Counted from the stretch's first letter, positions 31,906 to 48,200 are shown. The stretch is DNA of 64,000 nucleotides from the human T2T-CHM13v2.0 reference genome, Homo sapiens (GCF_009914755.1 NC_060948.1); one strand, 5' to 3'. Notes: generated by a model from the letters alone, not told the origin. Translations and numbers: made by a program.

Positions 31906-32719
31906 ATGAAAAATAGAAAAGATAAGTTGGGCTCTATTCTAACAAGAGAAACACAATTTTCCGTCAGTTAAATGAATAATTCTTAAACCACAAAAATAAA
32001 ACGTAGCAAAACCTCAATTCAAGAGTAGACATAAAGCTTGTGGCATGGGTAGAAGGGAATTATGTCTAGTGACATAGATTTGCTATGCTTATCTGACGAA
32101 AAATCTCCCTCATGATTTTCAAATCAGATGCATAACTGCATTTAATGAGTGTCACGAATCATTAATATCAGTCTCTGAAAACAGGATCATTAAAAATGAT
32201 TAAGATTTTCAACAACAAAGATTTTATCTAAATATTAAGGAAATTATATTAAATGGCTCCATTCCCTGAGCAGTCTAGTTAATAATTCAACTTGTTCAAA
32301 GCTATAAAATATGGCAACTTAAAAAATTATGAAAGTTTTTCTAACATTTTGCTTAAGGTAGTTGGCCATTCTTCCTCTTGGGAATAAGAAGGGCAGATTT
32401 TCTGTCGAAGCATTTTGCTATTGTTATTTCAATTTCCATTTATGGAAAATAGATAAAATAGCAATTTTTTAGTTATAAATTTAAAGTCTAAATGGAGATA
32501 ATTAAGTATCTCCATTAATTAAGTAAAGATTAATTTTTCAAAAAATAACATTTACTAAATTCTAATCAATCGATTGACTATTTTTATCCCTGGCTCAATG
32601 TAACTCTCTTTGACATACTCTTGTCTTAATTCTAGTTTATGTCAACAATGTGTAATCATAGATGACTCTTTGCCATTTTGATCTCTTAGTTCTATAAACA
32701 CCTTTGATCTAAGGATAAT

Positions 32720-33415
32720 GTTTTCCAACAGAATTATTTCTACTCAAAATTCTGAGATGGAATTTGTGGATTTAGTCTCACCCCAATCAATTTTTCAACT
32801 CTCAGGACACCAGATGGTGTCCTACAATTCAATTCAATCCTGAGACTATCTATCTGGAGATAGCATCAGATCCCACAAGTTCAGGGGTCAGGCCCACAAG
32901 ACTGCCCCCCCACCATTAGAGAGAAGTTGTGGGCCTCCCATACTCCTGACCAACTGGCTATAAATTAGGACTTCCATGGATTCCTTCCCCAGGTTCTATA
33001 ATTTGCTAAGATGGCGCACAGAACCCAAGAAAGCACTTTGCTTACAGTTACTGTCTGATACAAATCAGGAACTGTCAAATAGAAGAGACACATAGGGCCA
33101 GGTATGGTGAAAAGGGGCACAAAGCTGCCATATGACCTCTAAGTATATCATAGTATCACCTTCCCAGCACCTCAGAGGTGATGGAGGAGAGGGCTGACAG
33201 TTTCAACCATCTAGTTATGCCTTCATGTTTCTGGTGTCGAGCACCCACCCTGAAGCTATACAGGTCTCCAGCTACCACTCATGTCATGTCAATAGCATAA
33301 ACTCAGGTATGTCTAAGAGGGACTTATGACTAGTAAAGGATGGTCCTCTCATCTCTATCAGGAAATTTCAAGTTTTAGGAGCTCTGTACTGTGAACCGGG
33401 GAGGAAGACCAAATA
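32720..33415 (-). mobile_element. MER21-family LTR
   Basis: 'gtgtcctacaattcaattcaatcctgagact...gcatcagatcccacaag...cccacaagactgcccc...gaccaactggctataaa...caggaaatttcaagttttaggagctctgt...gaagaccaaata'. Confidence 0.75.
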
Positions 33416-33430
33416 GGACATACACTAGAC

Positions 33431-33618
33431 CAGTTGTGCTAACTACTGTGTGCCTCAAAATTGCCTACAGTTGTGTTACAATAAGAGATTGCTGAGACCT
33501 GCTATTGGAATTTCAGATTTGGTAGATCTGGGGGTGTAACCTGAGAATATGCAGTTCTAGTAAGTTCCCAGGTGATGCTGTTGCTGCTAGCACAGGGACC
33601 ACACTTCCAGAGGGACTG
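33431..33618 (+). mobile_element. MER5A (hAT-Charlie MITE)
   Basis: 'gtagatctggggg...cctgagaatatgcagttctagtaagttcccaggtgatgctgttgctgct...gggaccacactt'. Confidence 0.75.
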
Positions 33619-35189
33619 AGTGAAGCATCGTCGTTACTTATAGTAGCAACTTCTCTGTAGTCACAATTTCATTCATCCCATTCTCTGAGCTCCTCCTTTA
33701 ATCATTCCCTTTCATACGCTGACATAAAATTTTTCAATCTCTCTGAGACCTCCAAAATATATTTTGTCATATTCATAATGACCCTTACCTACTGATGTAC
33801 TCTGTTTCCTGTTCTCCTGCCTAAATTCCATGGCCAACCATTCCCAGGAAACTTCAACTTCCTTCTTTCTCTTTCACTTTGCTGAACCTAACCAGGAAAA
33901 TAACCCTGGTTACATCCAAATTTCCACCAAATCCCCACATATATTTTAGCAACTAGCTATATGGATCAAATTGAAAAATATCCCACTTGAAACTGAGAAT
34001 CTGAGTGCCGCCTATCAATCAATCATACTACATATGTTCCAATCTATTCACTCTCTAATTTACCTAGTTTTGTATCTTATCCTGTCTCTAATCCCTAACA
34101 CTTCCCCATAAATCCTCAATGTCTTTTTGGTTGTGCTTCCCTGAGAACATTGAATCACCCAAAGACAATTTCCACAGACTCCTGAAACCATTTAAGTTCA
34201 CTTTCCCATGTCTACACCCACATACTCTCTATTTTCACCTATTATTATCTGTGAAATAACTGGCCCCTATCTTTATATTGTCTGATGATGATTTCTATAT
34301 TACAGGTGAAGAAAATGAGAATAGGGTTAGAGCTACTTTCTCATTATAGCATAGCTTAGAATCAAACCCACGCAGTCCACCACTGAAACTGGGGTTCCAA
34401 GTCAGTGTATTTGGAGAAGGAGAGCTAGTAGAAAAACAATGATGAAAAGATCCAGGATGAAGTTTCTGATGGAAGAAAAGGACATTTTTACTATTATGAA
34501 CTCCTTGAAGTAAACCCTAAGCATTCTCATCTAGACAAATATCCATTCATCCACTCCAGTGAGCTGATTAAGTTTTAGGATTTTAAGGGTCAGTGAACAA
34601 TTATTACTCTTTCAGCAATTAAAGAAAGATTAATATGAATATTATATTGGAGAAATTTCATTTAAAACATATTTGACTGATTTTTGGCAATTGTCTTCTA
34701 TCAGATCATTACCAATCCATATGAGTTGGTAGGAAGGGAGAAAACCCAAAACTTAACCAGATGCCTGAAGTTAGGGCATATTTTATAGCCAACCCAGGGG
34801 GGAAAAATGCTCAAAAGGGGAAAGATGAGGACAGAAAATACATTTCAAGGATTTTAACTTTTTGACAAAATGTCAATTATGTGCAAGAAAAACTGATTGT
34901 GTGAATATAACTTTGTCATTTACATCTGCCAATTTATTCAGAAATATATAATCTATAAGTTTTTTTAATAGTAGTTTGTTAACACAAAATTTATTCATCA
35001 AAGTATCTAAAACATTCTAAAAACACTAAAAATTTTCAATTTAAAGATTAAGCTAAACAGCTCTGTATATATAAGTAAGCTCAAACAAACGTGCATGCTC
35101 TCCAACAATAACACTGCTACAGATATTGACTGGTGGTTTTGGTTTCATTTCATTTTATAATGGCAAATCTGGTTAAGACCCAGATTCTG

Positions 35190-37328
<2,139 letters not shown>

Positions 37329-38954
37329 AAGGTTCTCAAAGAGGTCAATATGTATATAATCTATTCTTAAAAAAAATTTCTCCAATTGTTTATTGAAATA
37401 TCACACAGGCTCTGCCTTTTTTATACCCTTAAGAAGTAAGTATATTTATGTGTAGCTTTTATAAGTGAAAGCTCAGATTGTCTACTCTGTTCTGGTACCA
37501 CTTTAGTTTAATTATTGGAAAATATTTAATAAAAATGAATTACTCAACAAATGGAAAATTTGAACTTCGCATACTAAATTTTTACTTCATATTATCAACT
37601 CTTGAAAAATAAGTGTGTCTATTAGAAATGACACTCATTTGACTATACCATAATATATTTCAGACTTTTTATCTTCAGCTACAGAATTTCTCTGTCCTTT
37701 GAATTATGTTAGTGGGCATTATTTTGCCAGTATTGGTGATCCACCTCCACTAATTCGCAACTCTATTATCTTACCCCCAGGGATGCATTTCCATAGTTCT
37801 GCCTTGTTATGAGTGTCATTTTTTTTCTTCTGTTTTGTTGACTGCCATTCAAGTAGTTTTGGCTTTATGAGAGATTTTCACTTTATTGTTTATCACCTCC
37901 TCATTTTTTTAGCTTCTCATAATTTACTGTATTATATCTGCCTGGGCTTTTGGTTCCTTTACAGATTTGTTTCATTTTATTTTTAGCTTATGATACTTCT
38001 AAAGTCTGTACCCTTTTAATTTTCACTTGCTTCATCGTCACATTCTTTTGTTTTGTTTTTATTTCAAAATACCAGAAAGTAGGATGTCTCAGCATATTGG
38101 TGAGTGGAATAGTTTATTTATAATCCAAAAAAATCCCATACATTTTGAGAGCTATCTGCTTCTGAGTAAAAATTTTATATATAAATTCTTGAAAAAAACC
38201 TTAAACTTCTGAGGGATTGAATGAGATTTTAAAAATCATTTTATACAACAACAGGTGCAAAATTTGTATTCCTCTACTCAAGAGAAATAATGAACATTTG
38301 TTATTAGTTTACTAACATCTAAAAGTTAATGTATTCAATTATACATTAATAAAACACAGTTAGGCTTAAGAGGTGGAAAAGTGTAAAACAAACAAGTGTA
38401 TAATTTACCTTTATTCATATGAAACATCTTTTTGTCTCCTGAAAATAAAGATTAACCAGTGGTGTGCTGAGGCGGGAGGGGGTGTGTTGGAGGGAGAAAA
38501 GCCATGATTTGCCAATTTCAGCACAAAACTGAAAATGGTTATTAATCTTTACTAGCTCCAGATATCTTTTAACATATATTGAAATATATGACCCTTAAAA
38601 AGAAAACATATATATAGATTTTGACAAAACTTTGCAGTTCCACTCATGGATCCCTGTGTAAGAATCACTTTTCTATGTGTGTTTGCAATTTAAAGAGTTC
38701 AGACTTTATGATTCACAGGTAACAACTAATGATTTAATCTCAACACTTAGGCTTTTATAATATGGGAGTCAGGTGTTTAACTGCTGTAGTAGTAACTACT
38801 TCTTCTCAGAGAAACTTAGTAGCTAAGACCAGGGAAATGTCTCTTGGTGTGCAACACACCTCTTCTTTCTGAACCTAGAGTATAAGAAGCTAACTTTGTC
38901 TCAAAGTTTATATGACTTTTGCATGTGCAGTTACTAGCTATTTTCTTTTGGAAC

Positions 38955-39661
38955 TGTAGGACTTGGAGACCTTTCCCTCTACCCTCTGAGGGTATGATAA
39001 CAGAGTCTATTGAATAAATGGATAACAAGCATGTCAAAAGAAGAAAATGTGTACACATTTATTACACTCATGGGGGAATCATGGAAAGAAAAGTGGAATC
39101 AAAAACAAAACAAAACAAAACAAACAAAACACCACCAAGAAAAAACCCCAGTGAGATTTAGGAGCTTATAAGGAAGGCAGGAGGAAGAATGTAGGAAACT
39201 TAGGGGAGAGCAAATGATTTTTGGGAAAGATGACCAGACCCCTAGGAGAATAGATGATAGTTTGTGGCAGTCTGTCTTGGTGTGGAATGGACTCTTAGTC
39301 TTGTCTCCTGTGATATGAGGAGTCAATTTTCCCTGGCTGATGAAACTCCTAGGAAGGAGATGAATGTCTTTGTGCTGACAAGACAGTATCTTGAAGCTTT
39401 GTTTTCCAATTCAGTTCTAAATCTGCAGTGTATAAAAATCTCCTCATCATGCTTTGGATGTTATGGTAGATAAATGGTATCTTTACAAAGATGCATTCAT
39501 TCTGGTATTGAAAGTTCCTTTTGGAGGATCTCTCTTGAGGAACGTAAAGAGAGTGCAGAGAAAGCATGTCCCGCAGTTGTTATTTTTCAAATATTTTCAG
39601 TTCGATGTAATCAGTACACCAAAGCAATCCATTCAGGACTGACATTTCCTGAACACCTTCA
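38955..39661 (-). mobile_element. ERV1-class solo LTR (MER34/MER39-like)
   Basis: TG...CA termini with a 4-bp TSD GAAC at 38951-38954 and 39662-39665; 'tttccctctaccctctgag' near the start and 'ttcctgaacaccttca' at the end. Confidence 0.75.
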
Positions 39662-41610
39662 GAACTCTTTTTATCCCATGTTATTTCTATGAGATCACGT
39701 GATTTAAGAATAACTTTTACTTGCCACTTACATATATATTGAAAAGGCAAACTTTCCTTTCATAATTTGCTAATTTTGGCAAAGTACTTTAACAAAAGTT
39801 AAATTAAGTGAGTAAGTGAAATTTTCTGTTCTATTGTTTTGAAAACAATTCTAGAAACAGTCCTTGTAAGAACAGCAAAAAGAAAAAGATAATTCTCAAC
39901 TGCAGCTTCAACCATTCTTTGCGTAACAATGTATCTAATTAAAAGGCAAAACTCTCTATTTCAGGTTTATATATATCAATTGCTTGATTAGAACGTAAAT
40001 TATTTACCCCACATAATCTGGTGTCAAAAAACTTATAATAAAATTACTTTGATTTTATTGCTTATAAGTTTGTGAATTTAAATCTCAACTGACAATGATG
40101 AATTTATTTGCTTTGTGCTGACAAGACAGTATGTTGAAGTTTTGTTTTCCAAGTTAGTTCTAAATCTGCAGAGTATCAAAATCTCCTCATTGTGCTTTGG
40201 ATGTTATGGTACATAAATGGTATCTTCACAAAGATATATTCATTCTGGTACTGAAAGTGCATACTTCAAATTCTTCATGAACAGTTTTATTGAAAAAATA
40301 TGTAGACAAGCCATTAATTATACACAGTGATCTGGAACAAATTCTTACAAGAAGCATAGCGTGTCTTCCATTAACTGTATACAATTTATAAAAAGTTACT
40401 GAAAGCCTTCCTGAGGTTAAACAATAAATCTTTTAAATTTAACCACTGTGCTCCCTCAAAGGTAATTTTTTCTTTATGACACTCACTTAGGGGATACAGT
40501 CAGATCTCAGCCTACTTTAAACAACTAGGCAGTATTTTTAGTGCACTTTTCTGTTTGTTAAAAAGCTAGTTGTCAAGAATAAGTTGCTCAATTATCTTCC
40601 TCAATTACTTTTTATTTTGTTTTATAATTATTATTCTATTTTGGTTTTCCTTTAGAATTGTGGACTACCTTGAATCAGAAATTGCAGAGAATATATCAAT
40701 ATGTAAGAATGCACTCTTCAATCAAACTAGATCTCGAAAGTGTTTTGTTGTAGTTTATACCTTGAATTCAAAGGCCATTCTATACAAGGCACTTGAATAA
40801 TTTTCAAGCTCTTATATTTCATAATAGTACAGAATTTATTGTTCTTGTATTTGCAAGGAGATAGACCAGATAAAATATCACTTTATTTTTTACAGTGTTG
40901 ACTTTGATATTCTAAACTTGTCAGTTTATACAGATCAATGAAGACTCTGTACATGTAAAATTCACTATAATTTTTTTCTGGTATGACAGTCCAAACAAAT
41001 AGTAACTACATACCCAAACAGGTAAAGTAAAAATATACAATAGCTTGACAAAAAAAAAAAAAAAGAAGAAAAAAGAAACCCCTATACATTCCTTAACATT
41101 CTAAAACTCTGAGGACCAAATTGAATTCAAAAGAAACATTTCTGGTGGGCACAGAAAGGGCTAAAAAGCTAAAGTATATAATAAGTAAATTCCTCATTGC
41201 TATAAAATATATGACCAGCATGACATTTCAATACATGTTCAAGTTTTCTGAAAAAAGTTCTAGGATAATAGGATTTCAACTTTTGATTCTACAGATATCA
41301 TTCTTGTGATTGGTATGGTAGGATCATCCTCTTCATGTATTAGTGGATTCAAATGAAAAAAAAATCAGGCAGCTAGTTCCTTTCCAAGAAGCCTTAGAGA
41401 TTGTTGTACATAAAAATGTGAGCCATATTTCTGATTCAAATTTTAATTAGAGAATTCTCTTTATTCCCTCTTCTGCATAAAATTATGCACTTGCACTCTG
41501 CTCTCCAGACAAGTAAAACTTCTTACCTGCTATAATTTGAGATAATCAAGACTCAGAACATATTACCTCCTAGCTGAAAGTCCCAACAAACTTCTCAGGA
41601 CAAAAACAAC

Positions 41611-41858
41611 AAAAAGTTAAATACACAGAGATAGAGTATAAAACAGTGGTTACCAGGGGCTGGGGGTGAGAAGAGAAAATGGAGATAGAGAATTCGAAGG
41701 ATGCAAAGTTGCAGATATGTAGAATTAATAAATTGAGGTATCTAATGTACAACATGAGGACTGTAAGTATTAATATTTATTGTATATGGCATTTAACTGA
41801 AAGGGTAGTTTGTAGGTACTCTTTCCTCACACACATATCCAAAAGAAAGGTAACTGAG
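41611..41858 (+). mobile_element. L1MA/MB 3'UTR fragment, cut at the junction
   Basis: 'acagagatagagtataaaacagtggttaccaggggctggggg...caaagttgcag...atctaatgtacaacatgaggact...aaaggtaact'. Confidence 0.75.
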
Positions 41859-42203
41859 ATTTTCAAAGGGAATGCTTCCAGGTTTTGCCCATTCAGTATG
41901 ATATTGGCTGTGGGTTTGTCATAAATAGCTCTTAATATTTCGAGATACATCCCATCAATATCTAATTAATTGAGAGTTTTTAGCATGAAGGTTGTTGAAT
42001 TTTGTCAAAGGGCTTTGCTGCATCTATTGAGATAATCGTGGTTTTTGACGTTGGTTCTGTTTATATGATGGATTACATTTATTGATTTGCATATGTTGTA
42101 CCAGCCTTGCATCCCAGGGATGCAGCCCATTTGATCATGGTGGATAAGCTTTTTGATTTGCTGCTGGATTTGGTTTGCTAGTATTTTATTGGGGATTTTT
42201 GCA
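41859..42203 (-). mobile_element. Internal L1PA ORF2 (RT) fragment abutting the satellite
   Basis: Colinear with 21441-21786 of the full-length L1 ('ttttcaaagggaatgcttccag...attttattg.g.atttttgca'); translates as [32 protein letters not shown]. Confidence 0.92.
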
Positions 42204-45200
42204 CTCCACTCCACTCCATTCCATTCCATTCCATTCCATTCCATTCCATTCCATTCCATTCCATTCCATTCCATTCCATCTCATTTCATTCCACTCCCTT
42301 CCACTCTACTCCACTCCATTCCACTTTACTCCAGTCCACTACACTCCATTCCATTCCATTCCATTCCATTTCATTCCAATCCATTCTATTCCATTCTTTT
42401 ATTTCGTCAGGAACTCACTCTGTCACCAGGCTGTAGTGAAGTGGCACAATCTCAGCCCACATTTCATGTCACCGTGCCATTCCATTCCATTCCATTCCAT
42501 TCCATTCCATTCCATTCCATTCCATTCCATTCCACTCCACACCACTCCATTCCACTCTACTCCACTCTACTGCATTCCTTTCCATTACATCCGATTCCAA
42601 TCCTCTTTATTCCACTCTACTCCACTACACTCAACTCCACTCCACCCCACTCAATTCCATTCCACTCTAATCCATTCCATTCCTTTCTTTCGATAGAATC
42701 TCACCTGTAACCCAGGATGGAGTGCAGTGGCACAATCTCAGCTCACATTTCATTTCACCATTCTATTACTTTCTATTCCATTCCATTCCATTCCATTCCA
42801 TTCCATTCCATTCCATTCTACTCCATTCCTCTCCACTCCACTGCACTCCATTCCATTCGATTCCAATCCACTCAACTCCACTCCGCTACATTCCATCCCA
42901 TCCCATTCCATTCCACTCAATTTCACTCCACTCCATTCCATTCCACTCCATCCCATCCCATTCCACTACATTGCATTCCACTCCACTCCACTCCACTCCA
43001 CTCCACTCCACTGAATTCTACTCCATTCCATTCCATATCATTCCATTCTATTCCTTTCTGTCGACAGGATCTCACTCTGTCACCCAGGATGGAGTGCAGT
43101 GTCATAATCTCAGCTATCATTTCATTTCACGATTACATTCCATTCCATGGCATTCCATTCCATTCCATCTTTTCCGATTACACTACATTCCACTCCATTC
43201 CTCTCCTCTCCGTTCCATTCCATTCCATTGCATTCCATTGTATTCCATTCCATTGCAATGCATTCAATTCCATTCCATCCCATTCCGTTCCACTCCTGCG
43301 AGCTCCACTCCACTCCACTCCACTGCATTCCATTCCATTCCATTCCATACCATAACATTCCATTCAACTCCACTCCACACCACTCCCCTGCATTCCATTC
43401 CCTTCCATTCCATTCCATTTCACTCCATTGCATTCCATTCCTTTCTTTTGACAGGATATCACTGTGTCACCGAGGCTGGAGTACAGTGGCACAATCTCAG
43501 CTCACATTACATGTCAACTTTCCATTGCATTGCATACTATTCCATTGCATTCCGTTCAATTCCATTCCATTTAATTCAATTCCATTCCATCCCACTCCGT
43601 TCTACTCCACTCCACTGCATTCCACTACATTCGATTCCATTCCACTCCATTCCACTCCTATTCACTCTACTGCGCTCCACTCCATTCCACTCCATCCACT
43701 CCATCCCATTCCATTCCGCTCAATTCCACTGCTCTCCACTCCACCCCACTCCACTCCACTTCATTCCATTCCATTCCATCCCATTCCGTTCCGCTCCTTT
43801 CTATTTCAATCCACTTCATTCCAGTCCACACCAATCCAGTCGACTCCATTCCATTCCATTCCATTGCATTCCATTCTACTCCACTCCACTCCACCGAATT
43901 CCACTCCACTCCACTCTACTCCATTCCACTCCACTCCATTCCACTCCACTGCATTCCATTCCACTCCACTCCACTCCATTCCAGTCCATTCCACTCCACT
44001 AAACTCCACTCCCCCCTATCCCATTCCACTCCTTTCTTTCTACAGTATCTCTCTCTGTCACGCAGGCTGTAGTGCAGTGGCACAATCTCAGCACCCATTC
44101 CGTTCCGTTCCGTTCCATTCCGTTCCATTCCAGTTCGTTCCACTTCACTCCACTCCAGTGTACTACATTCTATTACATCTGATTCCATTCCACTACATTG
44201 CACTTTTCTCCACTTCACTGAAATCCACTCCACTCTATTCCATTCCATTCCTTTCCACTCCTCTCCACTTTGCTCCACTCCACTTAATTGCATTCCATTC
44301 CATTCCATTCCATTCCATTCCATTCCATTCCATTCCATTCCATTCCATTCCTCTCCACTCCACTCCACTCCATTCCATTCCACTCCATTCCACTCCACTC
44401 CACTCCACTCCTCTCCACCCCATTCCACTCTACTCCACACCACTCCACTCCGTTCCACTCCACTCCACTGCATTCCATTCCATTCCACTCCATTCCATTC
44501 CACTACAGTCCATTCCAGTCCACTTCATTCCATTCCACTCCACTCCAGTCCACTCCACTCCATTCCACTCCACTCCACTCTGCTCCAACCCATTGCACGA
44601 CTATCTTTCGACAGGATCTACCTCTGTCACACAGGCTGTAGTGCAGTAGCACAATCTCAGCACCTGTTAAATTCCTTTTCATTCCATTCCACTGCATTCC
44701 ATTCCAATGAGTTCCACTGCACTTCACTCCACTGCACTCCACTCCATTCCACTCCACTCCACTCCATTCCGTTCCACTCTACTCCACTCCACTACATTTC
44801 ATTCCATCACATTCCGTTCCACTCCACTTTACTCTATTCCGTTACATTGAAATCCATTCCATTCCAATATTTTCTTTCGACAGGATCTCACTCGGTCACC
44901 CAGGCTGGAGTGCAGTGCCACAATGTCAGCTCACATTTCATTTCCCCATTCCCTTCCCTTCCATTGCATTCCCTTCCTTTCCCTTCCATTCCATTCCATT
45001 CCCTTCCATTCCATTCCACTCCACTCCACTCCATTCTTTTCCATTCCACTACACTCCATTCCATTCCAATATTTTCTTTCAACAGGATCTCACTCTGTCA
45101 CCCAAAATGGAGTGCAATTACAAAATCCCAGCTCACATTTCATGTCACCATTCCATTCCATTCCACTCCCCTAAATTCCATTCCACTCCACTCCACTCAA

Positions 45201-48200
45201 CTCCACTCCACGCCACTCCACTCCACTCCACGCCACTCCAGTCATTCCATTCTACTACATTCCATTCCATTCCTTTATTTCAAAATGGATCTCTCTCTGT
45301 CACCCAGACTGGAGTGCAGTGGCACAATCTTAGCTCACATTTAATTTCTCCATTCCATTCCATTCCATTCCATTCCATTCCATTCCATTCCATTCCATTC
45401 CATTCCATTCAACCCCATTCTATTCCATTCTATTCCATTCCACCCCATTCCATTCCATTCCCTTCTTTCGATGGGATATCACTGTGTCAAAAATGGCTGG
45501 AATACAGGGGCAAAATCTCAGCTCACATTTCATTTCACCATTCCATTTTTTCTTTCCTTTCCATTCCATTCCATCCCACTACACTCAATTCCACTCCACT
45601 CCCCTCCCCTCCCCCATTCCATTCCATTCCATCCCATTCCATTTCACTCCATTTCTCTCCACTCCACTCCCGTCCACTCCACTCCCCTCCACTCCATTCC
45701 TTCCACTCCATCCCATTCCATTCCATTCCATTCTATTCCACTCCACTCCACTCCACTCCACTCCACCCCATCCCATCCCATTCTATTCCATTCCATTCCA
45801 TTCCATTCCATTCCATTCCATTCCATTCCACTCCATTGCATTCCATTCCTCTCTTTCGAGAGGATCTCACTCTGTCACCCAGGCTGGAGTGCAGTGGCAG
45901 TATCTCAGCTCACATTTCAATTCACCATTCCATTCCATTGCATTCCATTCCATTCCATTGCATTCCATTGCATTTAATTCCATTGCATTCCATTCCATTG
46001 CAATGCATTCAATTCTATTCCATCCCATTTCATTCCACTCCTGCGAACTCCACTCAACTCCACTCCACTCCATTCCATTCCATTCTATTCCATTCCATTC
46101 CATTCCATTCCATTCCATTCCATTCCATTCCATTCCTTACCATACCATACCGTTCCATTACACTCCACTCCACTCCACTTCACTCCACTCCATCCCATTC
46201 CATCCCATTCCATTCCACTCCATTCCAATATAATGCACTCCACTCCGCTCCATTCCATTCCATTCCATTCCACACCTGTCCATTCCATTCCTTTCTTTTG
46301 ACAATATTTCACTCTGTCACACTGGCTGGAGTGTAGTGTTACAATCTCAACTCATATTTCATTTCATCATTCCATTCTATTCCGTTACATTCCTTTCCAT
46401 TCTATTCATTTCCATTCCACTATATTCCATTCCACTCCACTCCACTTGGCTCCACTTCATTCAATTTCATTCCGTTCCACTCCACTCTACTCCACTCCTC
46501 TCCACTCCACTACATTCAATTCCATCCAATTCCATACCACTCCACTCCCCTCCATTTCATTCCATTCGATTCCATCCCATTCCATTCCATTCTACTCCAC
46601 TCCCATCCACTCCTATCCACTCCCTTCCATTCCATTCCTCTCCACTCCATTCCATTCCACTTCACTCCTATCCACTCCACTACATTCCAATCCATTCCAC
46701 TCCAATCCATTCCATTCCTTACATTCCACACTATGTCACTCTGTTACCCATTCTGGAATACAGTGGCATAATCTCAGCTTACATTTCATTTCGCTAATCC
46801 ATTCCATTCCATTCCACTCTATTCCACTGCACTCCACTCCACTCCTTTCATTCCATTCCATTCCACTCGACTCCATTCCACTCTCTGCCACTCCATTCCA
46901 CAGCACTCCATTCCATTACAGTCCATCCCATTCCATTCCACTCCACACCACTCCACTCCACACCACTCCACTCCAATCCATTCCATTCCATTTCTTTCTT
47001 TCAACAGCATCTCACTCTGTCACCCAGGCTGGCGTGCAGTGGCACAAATTCAGCTCACATTTCATTTCACCATTCCATTCCATTCTATTCCATTGCATTC
47101 CATTCCTTTGCATTCCATTCCATTGCATTCCATTCCATTCTATTCTGCTCCATTCTATTCCACTCGACTCTATTCCACTCTCCGCCACTCCAGTCCACTC
47201 CACTCCACTCGATGGCATTCCATTCCATCCCATTTAATTCCACTACAATCCACTCTACTCCTCTCCAATCAACTCCACTACACCATAATCCATTCCATTC
47301 CATTCCATCACATTCCATTCCACTCCATTCCACTCTACTTCATTCCACTCCACCACATTCCATTCAACTCCACTCCACTCCAGTCCATTCCACTCCACTC
47401 CACTCCATTCCACTCCGTTTCACTCAACTCCAATCCACTCCACTGCTTCCGATTACAATTCTTTCTTTTGACAGGATCTCCCTCTGTCCCACAGGTTTTT
47501 ATGCAGTGGCACAATCTCATCACCCATTCCAGTCCATTCCATTCCATTCCATTTCATTCACCTCAAATCCACTCCAGTCCACTCCACTCCCTTCCACTCC
47601 ACTGCATGCCACTCCGTTCCATTCCATTCCACTCCACACCACTCCACTGCTCTCCAATCCACTCCAATCCATTCCACTCCAGTCCATTCCAATCCATTCC
47701 ACTCTACGCCATAACATTAAGCTCCACTCCACTCCATTCCATTCCACCACACTCCACCCCATTCCATTCCACTTGATTCCATTCCACTGCACTCCATTCC
47801 ACCCCCATCCACTCCATTCCAGTCCACTCCACTCAACTCCATTCCATTCCACACCAATCCGTTCCACTCCATTTCACTCCACTCCACTCCACTGCAATCC
47901 ACTCCACTCCATCCCAGTCCACTCCTTTCTTTCCAGAGGATCTCCCTCTGTCACACAGTCTGTAGCACAGTGACACGATCTCACCACCGATTCCATTCCA
48001 TTCCATTCCATTCCATTCCATTCCATTCCATTCCATTCCATTCCATTCCATTCCATTCAAATACACTCCTTGCCACTACATTCCTTTGCATCCGATTCCA
48101 TTCGAATCCATTCCACTCCACTCCACTCCATTCAATTCCACTCCACTCCACTCCATTTCATTCCACTTGAGTCCATCCACTCCTCTTCACTCTATTCCAC

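Noticed and set aside
42396-47990. Repeat-spacer pattern that looks like a CRISPR array
   Set aside because: Primate DNA; the repeats are Alu fragments, the spacers are satellite pentamers of 130-530 bp, and there are no cas genes.
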